This document shows positions 25,243 through 35,400 of a stretch of 64,000 nt of DNA, in pieces. How positions within the stretch are numbered: the first letter of the stretch is position 1; every line of letters begins with the position of its first letter. The notes beneath the pieces are model-generated. The model ran no database searches. It was given only the letters and a program-made list of their open reading frames with translations, and was not told the DNA's origin. This stretch comes from Escherichia coli 042. Its GTDB lineage: Bacteria; Pseudomonadota; Gammaproteobacteria; Enterobacterales; Enterobacteriaceae. Position numbers and translations under genes: made by a program. The DNA lies in NCBI RefSeq assembly GCF_000027125.1, contig NC_017626.1. One strand, given 5' to 3'.

Positions 25243-25380
25243 TTTTTGGTCCTTCTCTGGTGTTGTCTGGGAAGTGTAGAGCATGGCAGGGCGGGGTGCC
25301 TGGAGTGTGACAAAGGTTACACATCGCTGTATGCAATGCTGAAAATTTCAGCACTTAGCGAGATGCGAGCAAGCTGGCGC

Positions 25381-25408
25381 TTGCATGGTGGCGTGCGACA
25401 GGTATAAT
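25381..25408 (+). promoter_or_regulatory. Likely leuX promoter
   Basis: TTGCAT (25381-25386), a 16-nt spacer and TATAAT (25403-25408), about 30 nt upstream of the tRNA 5' end. Confidence 0.6.
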
Positions 25409-25437
25409 CCACAACGTTTTCCGCATACCTCTTCAGT

Positions 25438-25522
25438 GCCGAAGTGGCGAAATCGGTAGACGCAGTTGATTCAAAATCAACCGTAGAAATACGTGCCGGT
25501 TCGAGTCCGGCCTTCGGCACCA
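25438..25522 (+). tRNA. leuX: tRNA-Leu (anticodon CAA)
   Basis: GCCGAAGTGGCGAAATCGGTAGACGCAGTTGATTCAAAATCAACCGTAGAAATACGTGCCGGTTCGAGTCCGGCCTTCGGCACCA. It has a long variable arm, CAA at 25472-25474 and an encoded CCA end. Confidence 0.95.
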
Positions 25523-25721
25523 TCGGAACATCAATAGACGTCAACGGACGTCTTTTTTTGTGCCTGAAATCCAGTATCCGCAAGGCTTTCCTCGATTTTC
25601 CTTTCAACAGAAGTCAATCTGAGTCAACCCACATCAAGTCGCTTGTGAGTATAGAACCGAGTATATATGCTGGTTCGATAATGGTTGTATACTCACAGCG
25701 GCACATGGAAGGAGAACTTTT

Positions 25722-26975
25722 ATGGCTCTGACAGATATCAAAGTGCGTTCTGCAAAACCACAGGAAAAGGAGTATACCCTTGCCGATGGAGATGGCATGT
25801 TTTTGCTCATTCACCCTAACGGCTCAAAATACTGGCGGTTTCGCTTTCGCTTTGGTGGTAAGCAGCACCTGATGGCATTTGGGGTTTATCCTGAAACGTC
25901 ACTGGCTGATGCTCGTCAAAAAAGGGAAGAGGCCAGAAAACTTGTTGCTGCAGGCATCGATCCCCGTGAACACAAACGTGCAGTGAAAGAAGAGCAGACG
26001 AAAGAGGCTATTACCTTTGAGTCAGTTGCCAGAGAGTGGCACGCAGTAAATAAAAAATGGACAGAAGAACATAGCCGACGGGTGCTGAAGAGCCTGGAAG
26101 ATAATTTGTTCCCAGCAATTGGGAAGCGGAGTATTGATAGTTTTAGTACGCGCGATCTCCTTGTCCCTATCAAAGTAGTTGAGGCTACAGGGCGTCTTGA
26201 AGTGGCTTCGCGTCTTCAGCAGCGTACCAATGCGATTATGCGTTGTGCAGTGCAAAGCGGTTTGATCGATTACAATCCTGCTCAGGAGATGGCTGGGGCA
26301 GTTGCTTCAAGTAATCGTGTCCATCGACCAGCACTTGAACTGAAACGCTTACCTGAACTACTCCAGCGAATTGATAGCTACTCCGGACGACCTTTAACCC
26401 GTCTGGCTGTTGAGCTCACGTTATTAATCTTTATTCGTTCCAGTGAGTTGCGCTTTGCCCGTTGGCCAGAGATCGATTTTGAAAGGGCAATGTGGACAAT
26501 CCCGGCAGAACGAGAAGCTATTGAAGGAGTGAAGCATTCGGAACGTGGCTCGAAAATGCGTACTCCTCATTTAGTGCCGCTTTCTCGTCAGGCACTGGCA
26601 ATCCTTAAACAGGTTCATAAGCTTAGTGGCGAGCGCGATTTTGTTTTCGTTGGAGATCACAATCCTTGTAAACCGATGAGTGAAAATACAGTGAACAAGG
26701 CGCTGCGCGTGATGGGATATGACACTAAGATTGAGGTTTGCGGTCATGGCTTCAGGACCATGGCATGTAGCTCGTTGATTGAATCAGGGCTGTGGTCTAG
26801 GAACGCTGTTGAAAGGCAGATGAGCCATATGGAGCGTAACTCTGTACGTGCTGCTTACATTCATAAGGCTCAACACTTGGATGAGCGTAAAATGATGCTG
26901 CAGTGGTGGGCAGATTTTCTTGATGTAAATCGGGTGAAGGGCGTCAGCCCATTTGATTTTGCCAAGGAGAAATGA
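25722..26975 (+). CDS. P4-type tyrosine integrase (IntB/IntS family)
   Basis: 417-aa ORF 200 nt downstream of leuX. N-terminus MALTDIKVRSAKPQEKEYTLADGDGMFLLIHPNGSKYWRFRF is the DUF4102 arm-binding type. The C-terminal HGFR...Y catalytic region is present. Confidence 0.92.
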   Translation: MALTDIKVRSAKPQEKEYTLADGDGMFLLIHPNGSKYWRFRFRFGGKQHLMAFGVYPETSLADARQKREEARKLVAAGIDPREHKRAVKEEQTKEAITFESVAREWHAVNKKWTEEHSRRVLKSLEDNLFPAIGKRSIDSFSTRDLLVPIKVVEATGRLEVASRLQQRTNAIMRCAVQSGLIDYNPAQEMAGAVASSNRVHRPALELKRLPELLQRIDSYSGRPLTRLAVELTLLIFIRSSELRFARWPEIDFERAMWTIPAEREAIEGVKHSERGSKMRTPHLVPLSRQALAILKQVHKLSGERDFVFVGDHNPCKPMSENTVNKALRVMGYDTKIEVCGHGFRTMACSSLIESGLWSRNAVERQMSHMERNSVRAAYIHKAQHLDERKMMLQWWADFLDVNRVKGVSPFDFAKEK

Positions 26976-27243
26976 GCTATGGTAATGAGGTTATAGATAA
27001 GAGAGAATACTACTTTATCGCGGGTTTTTAGTGGCTGGCAGGTCTAGATGAGTAGAAAATTCAAGTAATCTACACTCACTCGACTTAAAGATGGGGCCTT
27101 TTAAAAGGTCCTGCTTTGATGCTTACTGGAATGATAACCGTCCTAATCGTTGGCGAGTTTGTTCCATAAGTCCTGAATCCATAGGTTTTCTCTCTCATTG
27201 ATATTAAGTAGCACCCATAAATTTTATTCAAGGATAAGAGATA

Positions 27244-29628
27244 ATGGCAAATTTTTCGGTAGCTGCGAGAACATTAATTCATTTAGGGGCGGAACTGATT
27301 ACCTCAGATGAAGTTGCTATAAATGAACTTGTTAAGAATGCTTTTGATGCCGAATCTAAACGGGTTAGGATAAATGTATTCATACCTATTTCGCATTCGT
27401 TAATAGATGACTGCCTTGCAATACTCGACAATAGTAAAAAAGAGGAAGCTCTTCAAGATGATATTTTTCATATAAAGAAAATGTTAATTGAAAGTGTTTC
27501 TGAACCTTCTATTGCAGCCCAAGTAGAAGAGTTGTTGCTAAACTTAACTTCAGATTCTAGCAAGGATGAAGCAAAAAAAATAGTCGAGTCGATAAACTAT
27601 ATAACAATCGAAGATTCTGGTTGTGGAATGGATTTAGCGACACTTGAAACGGTATTTTTGGCAATAGGCACTCCCTCTAAAGTAAACTCTGAAAGTACAA
27701 AAGACTTAAATAGAAAAATCCTAGGCAATAAAGGTATTGGACGTTTAGCAATGATGAGACTTGGGGATATTGCCAACGTTACATCTTGGGTTGAACAAGG
27801 TAGTGCCCATGAAATTGAATTCGACTGGCGAATGTTTGACGATCCTGAAAAAATAATCACCGATATTGAATTTGAAATAAAACCGACCACTTGTCCAAGG
27901 CCAACACCTTCAGGGACTGTAATAAAGATAACAGCACTTAAAAGCTCTTGGACTGAAGAAAAAGTTCGCGAAAAGCTCGTGGGTGATTTTTTTAGAAGGT
28001 TACAAAACCCATTTGTGATGTCATTGGATGAAGGTAGCTCCGATAACACAAAAAAAAATAAAAAGAATAGAACTGTAGGCTTTCCAATAGATGTTCATAT
28101 TAATGGAGGAACTCGAATACCTATCGAAGGTATGAAGAAAGTGTTAACAGATTTAGTTCAGGCTGATATGGAGCTCTGGTTTGACCCAAACGGGATTGGT
28201 GATACACCTGAAGTTATTCTCCGTACGAGTTTGACTGACTACCAACGTGGAAATGAACCTGAAAATACTAATAGAACAATAGAAGAAGTAACACATGTTT
28301 TAAATGTTAATTTTGAAGCACTTAAGAAAATTGGCCCCGTAAGAGCTACTATTAGATGGTTTAATAGAGAACGGTTACGCCAGCAAGCTACTTTGCATGG
28401 TAACTGGAAAGCAGCGAAGGCCGAATTAGATTTATGGTGTGGAGGAATAGCAATATATCGAGATGGTTTTCGCATTGGATTTTCTGGACAATCAACCGGC
28501 GAAGACTGGCTGGGACTAGATAGTTCTGCTCTTAAGAGAGGAGGTTTTGCTGTAAACCGTATTCAGACTGTCGGTGCGTTAGAGATTTCAAGAAAAGAAA
28601 ATCCCGGTTTGGTTGATAGATCTAATAGAGAAGGATTGATTGAATCACCAGAATCCAATCTTGTAAGAGATATGCTGTCGAAATTTGCTATTGATGAACT
28701 TCGTCGCTACATCGGTCATGAAGGGCAAGAAGAGAAGAAAGCACGTCTAAATGATATAGTTGAAAGCGCTCCTGCAACTATACGCGCTCGGATACTGCAA
28801 GCTGAGCAAGGACTCACATCTATAAGGTCTAAGGTTCCCGCAGATGTTCAAGAATCAGTACAATCAATCGCAAATAATTTACACTTTATAAAAAATGAAG
28901 TAACTCGTTTTGAAGAGGCTAGCAAACTAGCAACAGAGAGACGTGAGGATATTCTTGAACTTGCTGGTGTTGGAACCGTAATGTCTGGTGTACTACATGA
29001 GCTCACTAGGACAACAGGCCACACTCGACAGCTGTTACAAAAGTTATCTAAAGATGAGTCTCCTGGTACTAAAGCTTTATTAACGAAGCTAGATTCGGAA
29101 ATTAAAGCGATCAATACGCGACTTCGACAGTTAGATCCTTTAACACCTTCTGGAAGGCATCGCAAAGAAATATTTAATTTGTCAGCATTGCTGAATACTA
29201 TATTAGAAGGGTATGGAGCTCGCTTTGAACGGCATAATATAATTCCAGAATTCAAAATCTCTGGAGTTGATGATACTCAACCTGTCGAAGTAAATATGGT
29301 ACGTGGTTTTGTTAGCCTTGCAATTGAGAATTTAATTACAAACTCGGTTTATTGGGTTCAGCAGGGGGGGAGAAGTGATCGTCGTATTACTTTAGAACTA
29401 GATGCAGAATCTAGGACATTAACTTTGCGTGATAATGGGCCAGGTATTTCTCCTGCAGATAAAGACAGAATTTTCACTGCAGGATTTACAATGCGACCTA
29501 AAGGGCAGGGTTTGGGTCTTTTCATTGCAGCTGAAGTGGCTACCTATCATGATGCGAGGCTTTTGTTGGACTCTGCTGATGAGGATGGCCGATATAGAGG
29601 TTTTGTCTTGGAGCTTCCAAAGGAATGA
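27244..29628 (+). CDS. Cytoplasmic dual-GHKL protein: N-terminal MORC/Hsp90-like ATPase plus C-terminal histidine-kinase-like module
   Basis: 794-aa ORF. N-terminal Bergerat motifs are E28-LVKN32-AFDA, D124-SGCG128 and G161-NKGIGRLA. The C-terminus has an H-box-like SGVLH585ELTRTTG, an N-box ENLITN700SVYW, G1 D730-NGPGI and G2 GQGLGL. I see no obvious TM segment. Confidence 0.6.
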   Translation: MANFSVAARTLIHLGAELITSDEVAINELVKNAFDAESKRVRINVFIPISHSLIDDCLAILDNSKKEEALQDDIFHIKKMLIESVSEPSIAAQVEELLLNLTSDSSKDEAKKIVESINYITIEDSGCGMDLATLETVFLAIGTPSKVNSESTKDLNRKILGNKGIGRLAMMRLGDIANVTSWVEQGSAHEIEFDWRMFDDPEKIITDIEFEIKPTTCPRPTPSGTVIKITALKSSWTEEKVREKLVGDFFRRLQNPFVMSLDEGSSDNTKKNKKNRTVGFPIDVHINGGTRIPIEGMKKVLTDLVQADMELWFDPNGIGDTPEVILRTSLTDYQRGNEPENTNRTIEEVTHVLNVNFEALKKIGPVRATIRWFNRERLRQQATLHGNWKAAKAELDLWCGGIAIYRDGFRIGFSGQSTGEDWLGLDSSALKRGGFAVNRIQTVGALEISRKENPGLVDRSNREGLIESPESNLVRDMLSKFAIDELRRYIGHEGQEEKKARLNDIVESAPATIRARILQAEQGLTSIRSKVPADVQESVQSIANNLHFIKNEVTRFEEASKLATERREDILELAGVGTVMSGVLHELTRTTGHTRQLLQKLSKDESPGTKALLTKLDSEIKAINTRLRQLDPLTPSGRHRKEIFNLSALLNTILEGYGARFERHNIIPEFKISGVDDTQPVEVNMVRGFVSLAIENLITNSVYWVQQGGRSDRRITLELDAESRTLTLRDNGPGISPADKDRIFTAGFTMRPKGQGLGLFIAAEVATYHDARLLLDSADEDGRYRGFVLELPKE

Positions 29629-31475
29629 TTATGGATATTCAAAAGTCATTTACTGAATCAAAAATTTTAAAAGTAGCGATCGTTGACGACGATTTGTCCG
29701 ATTTAATTACTATGGACGATCTGAATACTATAGACAAGGATATTGCCAGTTTGCTTGGTGATCCATCCGATCCTGATTGTGAAAGTTACCATGAACTACT
29801 AGCATCTGAAGGCTATGATCTTGACGAAATAGAAGATCTTGCTCAACCTCTTTCAAATAAATCAATTAGAGAAAAAGCTCCTGAGCGTCTAAAAAATGCG
29901 GCAAATAAAATTATCGAATTTCGTTATGATAACGCCAAGCCAATTAGACGTGTTAAACAATTACTACTGGAAGCTGGCATTTTAGAGGATAATATTCATT
30001 ATTATTTTAGCCCTGAAATACCTAATGAAGAGTTTTATGATCTTTTAGTGATAGATTACTTCTTGGTAAAAAATTCCTCCAAGCATACTTTACCTTTTAT
30101 CAAAAAAATACTCTCAACTCATGAAAAGGCACCAAAGCCTTTACAAGTTATTCTGATGTCGACTTATGAGGCAGAGTTAAAAGCAGAATTCAGGAATATT
30201 CGTCCCGAGATAAGAACTTCAAGCTCAAGAATGAGAATCATGAGCAAACCAATGTCTGATGATGATTTAGTATACTGGCGCTCTGCTTTGTTCCAGTTAT
30301 CTTCAGATCGACAATTTGTCGATGCAGTAGAAAAATTTGTTACTGAAACAATAAGTGGTTTTCAACATGCTGCACAAGAACAAGCTAAAAGATTATGGGA
30401 GCTTGATCTTCAGGCAATGGATATTCTCCATGAAGCTGCAACATCTGATAATGATGATTTTTGCCGCTATGTTGAAGAATGTCTAAGTAGACAATTATTA
30501 ACGGCTCTAGAAGAATGCTCTGGTATAAGAAAATCATTAGGTGTTTTAGGTGAATCATTAATAAAACATAGAGCTAACAACGTAATTGCGCCTGTTACTG
30601 AAATTGGTGATTCGAGGGCGGCAATTAGAACACTAATGAGGAGTATGGAATGGCGTGGGGGAAATACCCCTAGCATGACAGAGTTTAAAGACCCTAAAGA
30701 CAGAGCAAAGTGGATTCAGAAAAATCTGAGATTTGGAATGGTACTAAAATCACCAGATGATAAAAGATGGCTTAATTTAACTCAAGCGTGTGATCTTGCA
30801 CAAACAAAAGAGGATAATTTAAATTCGGTATCTCTCTTGCTTATTAGTGGTTCCTATGCTCGGCCAGTTGGACGTGAGAATGGGCAATCATTAGTGTATT
30901 TGAACACATCATTATCTGATGCAGGTAGTGAGGTTTTGTGTTGGGATGTACGTAATGTTCAAACGCCCTCAATATTTGATTTTGCTCAAACGTTTTATAA
31001 TGGCTGGTCAATTACTGGAGAGCTTCGTCTAGACCAGGCTCAAAGTATAGCTGCTTTATATAGTTCTCGAACTTTAAGGGTTGGTCTTCAAAAAAGGCTA
31101 AGTAGCTGGTGTCTTGATGGTAAAGCTTTATTCATAAACAAATTAAATAACAGCGCTCCAAGTGATAAAATCGAGGGTACGACTATTTCTGGTCATGCGA
31201 TGAATCGTGGTAAACCCGACGAAGTACATATCGATAAAGATAGCATGATAAAGCTTCAAAGAGATTTTCCTAATAGTATTAATAAAATATCTCTGAAATT
31301 ATATATGGGAATGCAGCTAAAGCCTGGTTCAAAAAACCAAGAAGAAGGTATTTTGATTTATTGTGCTGAAAAGCCGGAGAATATAGAATCACTTCGTAGG
31401 GCTATTAATGATAATGATTTTTTAAATCGTGATGTTAATCAAAATAAAGTGGTAATAGCTCTATGGCATAAGTGA
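29625..31475 (+). CDS. Divergent receiver(REC)-like N-terminus fused to an unknown ~400-aa C-terminal domain
   Basis: 616-aa ORF. Its ATG overlaps the upstream stop (ATGA), and an alternative ATG at 29631 has better AAGGA spacing. REC-like landmarks are LKVAIVD21D22D23, YDLLVID144YFL, LQVILMS179T180 and IMSK208P. I recognise no output-domain motif. Confidence 0.5.
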   Translation: MIMDIQKSFTESKILKVAIVDDDLSDLITMDDLNTIDKDIASLLGDPSDPDCESYHELLASEGYDLDEIEDLAQPLSNKSIREKAPERLKNAANKIIEFRYDNAKPIRRVKQLLLEAGILEDNIHYYFSPEIPNEEFYDLLVIDYFLVKNSSKHTLPFIKKILSTHEKAPKPLQVILMSTYEAELKAEFRNIRPEIRTSSSRMRIMSKPMSDDDLVYWRSALFQLSSDRQFVDAVEKFVTETISGFQHAAQEQAKRLWELDLQAMDILHEAATSDNDDFCRYVEECLSRQLLTALEECSGIRKSLGVLGESLIKHRANNVIAPVTEIGDSRAAIRTLMRSMEWRGGNTPSMTEFKDPKDRAKWIQKNLRFGMVLKSPDDKRWLNLTQACDLAQTKEDNLNSVSLLLISGSYARPVGRENGQSLVYLNTSLSDAGSEVLCWDVRNVQTPSIFDFAQTFYNGWSITGELRLDQAQSIAALYSSRTLRVGLQKRLSSWCLDGKALFINKLNNSAPSDKIEGTTISGHAMNRGKPDEVHIDKDSMIKLQRDFPNSINKISLKLYMGMQLKPGSKNQEEGILIYCAEKPENIESLRRAINDNDFLNRDVNQNKVVIALWHK

Positions 31476-31513
31476 TTTGATTTATTGCTAATTTATCAGG
31501 TGTATTATTTTCT

Positions 31514-31550
31514 CAATGTGAGCTAATTATTTCTTTATTAGCTCACATTG
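31514..31550. terminator. Perfect 14-bp-stem hairpin between the two convergent operons
   Basis: CAATGTGAGCTAAT (31514-31527), a 9-nt loop, then ATTAGCTCACATTG (31537-31550), with AT-rich flanks on both sides. Confidence 0.6.
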
Positions 31551-31623
31551 ATATCCATTTATGTTAAATGATAAGGGGAAATTGTACTATAAAATATAGA
31601 CCAGATTAATTTACCCCTTCTTT

Positions 31624-32463
31624 TTATTTATGGCAAATTGCGCATGAGCCTCCGCCTTCATCTTCCCCATAAATTTCATCAATATCAATGAGAGTCTCAC
31701 CAGGGCGTAGTGGGTTAATGATTTTTTTCGCTTTGAGTCTGGCTTGCCGCTTTTCAAAATCAGTGACAATTTGAGCAATTCTTTCAGGCTCCTCAAGTGA
31801 CTCTAGTGATTCACCTTTAGTCCAAGTAAAGGGAGAACCATGTTCAATTGCATTTTTTTCATATCGTTTAGCTTCTTCAAATGCCTCTGGGTGACGCTCT
31901 TTTAATCTTACCCACTCAATCTTTTGTTGGAAGAAGCAAAAAGTACAGCCGCTACGTGATCGCCATTCATAATATTTTGGAAGACCAACTCCTGATGAGT
32001 CAAGAATATCCATAACACCTTTCCGATCTATTCCGGCATCTCTAAATGGTAAACTAATAGTTAAATTTGCATTTTTCGAACTATATCCTTCACGGTAATC
32101 TTCGTCTGCTCTTATTGCTACATAGCTTGTAACTTTATCACCAGCATTAAGCATCGGACGAACCCACTGTTCGAAGGGCGCGAGTTTTAACTGACGAGTA
32201 CACCAACGAGTCTGCGGCGAGGGTAGAAAATGATTATATTCACGTAACCAGAAATCAAAACCACGTCTAGGGTTTAGTCTGGCAATTGGTTTGCCTAAAA
32301 ATCCTTCTAATCGCCCCAAAAACTCATAGACTTCAGGTAATTCTTTACCTGTATCAGTAAAGAAATAGTCGATATCTAACTCGGGGCGTGTCTGGCGCAT
32401 GAAAACAGCAAGTGCAGCACTGTCTTTACCCCCAGAAATACCAAGTACATGCTTTTCAGTCAT
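31624..32463 (-). CDS. sspD: PP-loop ATP pyrophosphatase, PAPS-reductase-like (SspD/DndC-like)
   Basis: Track ORF 31624..32481. The Met at 32463 has a GAGG Shine-Dalgarno and gives MTEKHVLGISGGKDSAALAVFM (SGGKDS PP-loop). C-terminal cysteines are CTFCFF and CAICHK. Confidence 0.7.
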   Translation of the reverse strand: MTEKHVLGISGGKDSAALAVFMRQTRPELDIDYFFTDTGKELPEVYEFLGRLEGFLGKPIARLNPRRGFDFWLREYNHFLPSPQTRWCTRQLKLAPFEQWVRPMLNAGDKVTSYVAIRADEDYREGYSSKNANLTISLPFRDAGIDRKGVMDILDSSGVGLPKYYEWRSRSGCTFCFFQQKIEWVRLKERHPEAFEEAKRYEKNAIEHGSPFTWTKGESLESLEEPERIAQIVTDFEKRQARLKAKKIINPLRPGETLIDIDEIYGEDEGGGSCAICHK

Positions 32464-35400
32464 TCTTAACCTCAACATCATGCTGAGCGATTTTAATACA
32501 AGCTTTACCTAATGCAGCCATTATAATATCTGGGTTTAATCCTTTTCCAGATAATGTTCTAATTAACTCACCGGCGAGGTTGTCAATCTGATGGTTGAAT
32601 TGCTCAGGTATACTGAATTCGTGTTTGAATGTTTTCATTTCTGAACCAGCTCCAATAACCACTGCAAATGCCTCGCTTGATGGTTTTCGTCCTTGGATCG
32701 ATACTAATGCTTCGGATTGGCGAAACCGCAGTGCAAAATTGGCTATTTCCATAAGTGCTAAATCAATATCTCGATCATTCCAGTCTCTTGGAGGCTTGTT
32801 TGCAGCTAGGCTGAGTATACCTTCTATAGAATAATGACTACCATCGTACGTAGCTAAACGTGTTGAAAAGGCATCTTGCCGAAGTTCGCCAGTGATACCG
32901 GATAACGTTTCAGCACGTTTTCGTAGTGTAGATAAGTCATCTTTATTAGCATTCAGAGCTTTTAGCATTCTTGATGCAAATTGGTCTAAGAGTTTGTCAT
33001 AGGCACTCCAAAGTTCTTTTACTGGAGCCTGTAATGCATCAACATAATTTTTCCCACTTTCTACATTTAGAGCCGCGGCTAAATCAATAAATAAAACTTT
33101 ATGAGGATCGCTAGCTTTTAATAGTGTATCTCGTACCTTCTTCGCATTAGATGAAAGTCTCGCCGTCCTTTGTGTCCAATTTGGGAGTCCAACAATCATG
33201 GCAACTAGACTTCTGGCAGCTTCTAACGGTTCAGCTGAATTAGACATGAGACCAATAGAATCAAGAAGTTTACCAATTCCTACTAGAATCTTTTGTTTTT
33301 CATCATCAATTACAATCCACCGCAAGGAAAAACGTTTTTCATCCTGCAAGTATTCATCAATATCTGCATCAGTAAAAGTAGGAATAAATAATCCATCTTT
33401 ATAAATAGCAATATTACTTTTAGATGCCAGAAGGAAGGCCATAAATATTATCGGTATAACACCTTTTTTTAAACCAAATGGAGGTTTAGCCCAAAGGGTA
33501 TGAATATCAGATACTGATATCATTTGATTTTTATTTTTAATGAAATCATGCGTTTTCTTCCAAAGACCATAAAACGACGAATGCTTGTCGCTGACCGCAG
33601 GAAGAAAATGATAATACCCATCATGATGCTTCGCATACAAGCCGGTACGATGGAGAATCGTTTCATATAGGCCGCGTGAGGCAGGATATCCCTCAATTCC
33701 AAGATGGAGTTCACCCTCATTTTCTAGCATTCGATATAACAATTCTTTCCTGGCTTTTACGCTATTGCTGGATAAATTATCACGATTAACTAATTCACTC
33801 CATAACCTTGGAGCTTTGTAGTAAATATTATCTGCAAGAGAGGATGCAATTGATGATAAAGTACCTTTAGGTTCCGCCTGAGCAGAATCTATACACCATT
33901 CCGCAGTCGCTAATGCCTCTGCTAACTGTTCTTCTAATGTTGATTGCGTTGCACTTATCCTTGCTTGGACTTCTCTTCGTGCAACAGCATCACCTTGTAA
34001 TTCATGTCCACGTTTAGTTTGGACTATTTGAAGTGCTAGGAGTTCGGCACCTAAATCTTCTATGCGCAGGTAGTTATGTGGAATCCCGGCAACAATGGGC
34101 CATGGCTTTGAACGAGAAGCATCAGCACAAATTATTTTAGCTTGTTCTTCATTTACATTTCTTTCAGGAAGTGCCAGAAGAAATAATCCAAACTCTCCGT
34201 TACGTGGCTGGAACTCTTCTGAATATTTTTTTACCTCGTTAAGGTGACAAAGTGCAATATTCATCCAGCGAAAAGTACCAGTTTGATGGTAATGCCTTTT
34301 TGCAATTACAGGATAAAGATTAGCAATTTTATTCAGTTGACTAAAATCTGTTCCAAGCATGGTTGCACGTGATTGTGCAACGGCTTGGTCAATATTAAAA
34401 TCACTTCCTTCAAAAACAGACCATGCCCCGGTATGTTTTTTGAATATGATAACACGCCATTTAGAAAGATCTTCGAGTGCGGATCTAATATTTTCAATAG
34501 AAGTATTCAAGAATAATGATTCTAGTATGCTTGTTTCAGCGGTCAATCCTGAACCATCTTTGAAAAGGTCAAGTATTGCAATACATTTAATTAAATCAAT
34601 ATGCAATATATTATCAGATTTTGCCTCCGCACGTTCTACAGCGTCTACCGCTTGTGCCCAACGATGTCCATCATTAGAGGCCAAAATTAATTGTTCAAGA
34701 TTTGCTCTTAAGTAATCGAAATAGTTTGAGGGAAGATACCAAGTAGCCTCTTCAAATGTGGTTAGATTGAGATAGTTTTGAAACCCGAAAGGTTCAGAGG
34801 ACGAGAGAAAACCAAAAGTTGAACGCTCGTTCTGTCCAAACTGACGTTTTGATATAGGTCCTAATAAAGCAGCCATTACCGGGTGTAAAGGCCAACACTT
34901 GGATAATGCATAATCATATTGCTTTCCAACCATTGGGCGTCGATCATAAATAGCATCCGCGACTACTTGCGCTACTTTTTGAGTGTATTTGGGTCTTTTT
35001 TTAACATCTAACGCTTTACCTATAAGTTCAACAACTTCATCACTCCCTGCAACTAAGGGAATATCAGCATAACGGCCTTGGATTTTAGTCCACTCTTCAC
35101 GAGTTTCAAGTCCAAGTCGAACAGCATATTGTCCAAAAGATTGATGTAATATACCTAAGATAATGACTTTACCATTTGTACGTGCTGCAGATTCAGCAAG
35201 CTCTTGGTAAAAATAAATATCATCGCCATTTCCTAAAGCTGATGCTTCAAGGAACTTACCTAGCTCGTCAATGATAAGCAAGGTACCATCTAACTTCGCT
35301 TCATCTGCAGCACTGCATATGTGTTTAATAAGTAATGATGCTGATTTTTTATAATCTTTATCACTACCACAAACATTATTCAGAGTTTGCGAAATTTGTT

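Noticed and set aside
27244-29628. Considered whether the 794-aa protein is SspE or a DndFGH/PbeABCD-type PT-dependent restriction protein
   Set aside because: It has no DUF262-type DGQQR motif, no HNH/DUF1524-like His-Me finger, and no helicase or Walker A motif. The motifs present are GHKL and histidine-kinase ones. This rejection rests on motif inspection by eye only.
27244-31475. Considered an ordinary housekeeping two-component regulatory system
   Set aside because: The kinase-like protein has no TM or periplasmic sensor and carries an extra MORC-like ATPase. The receiver protein has no recognisable DNA-binding output. The genes are AT-rich island cargo next to DNA-modification genes. 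A regulatory role, for example controlling sspBCD, cannot be excluded.
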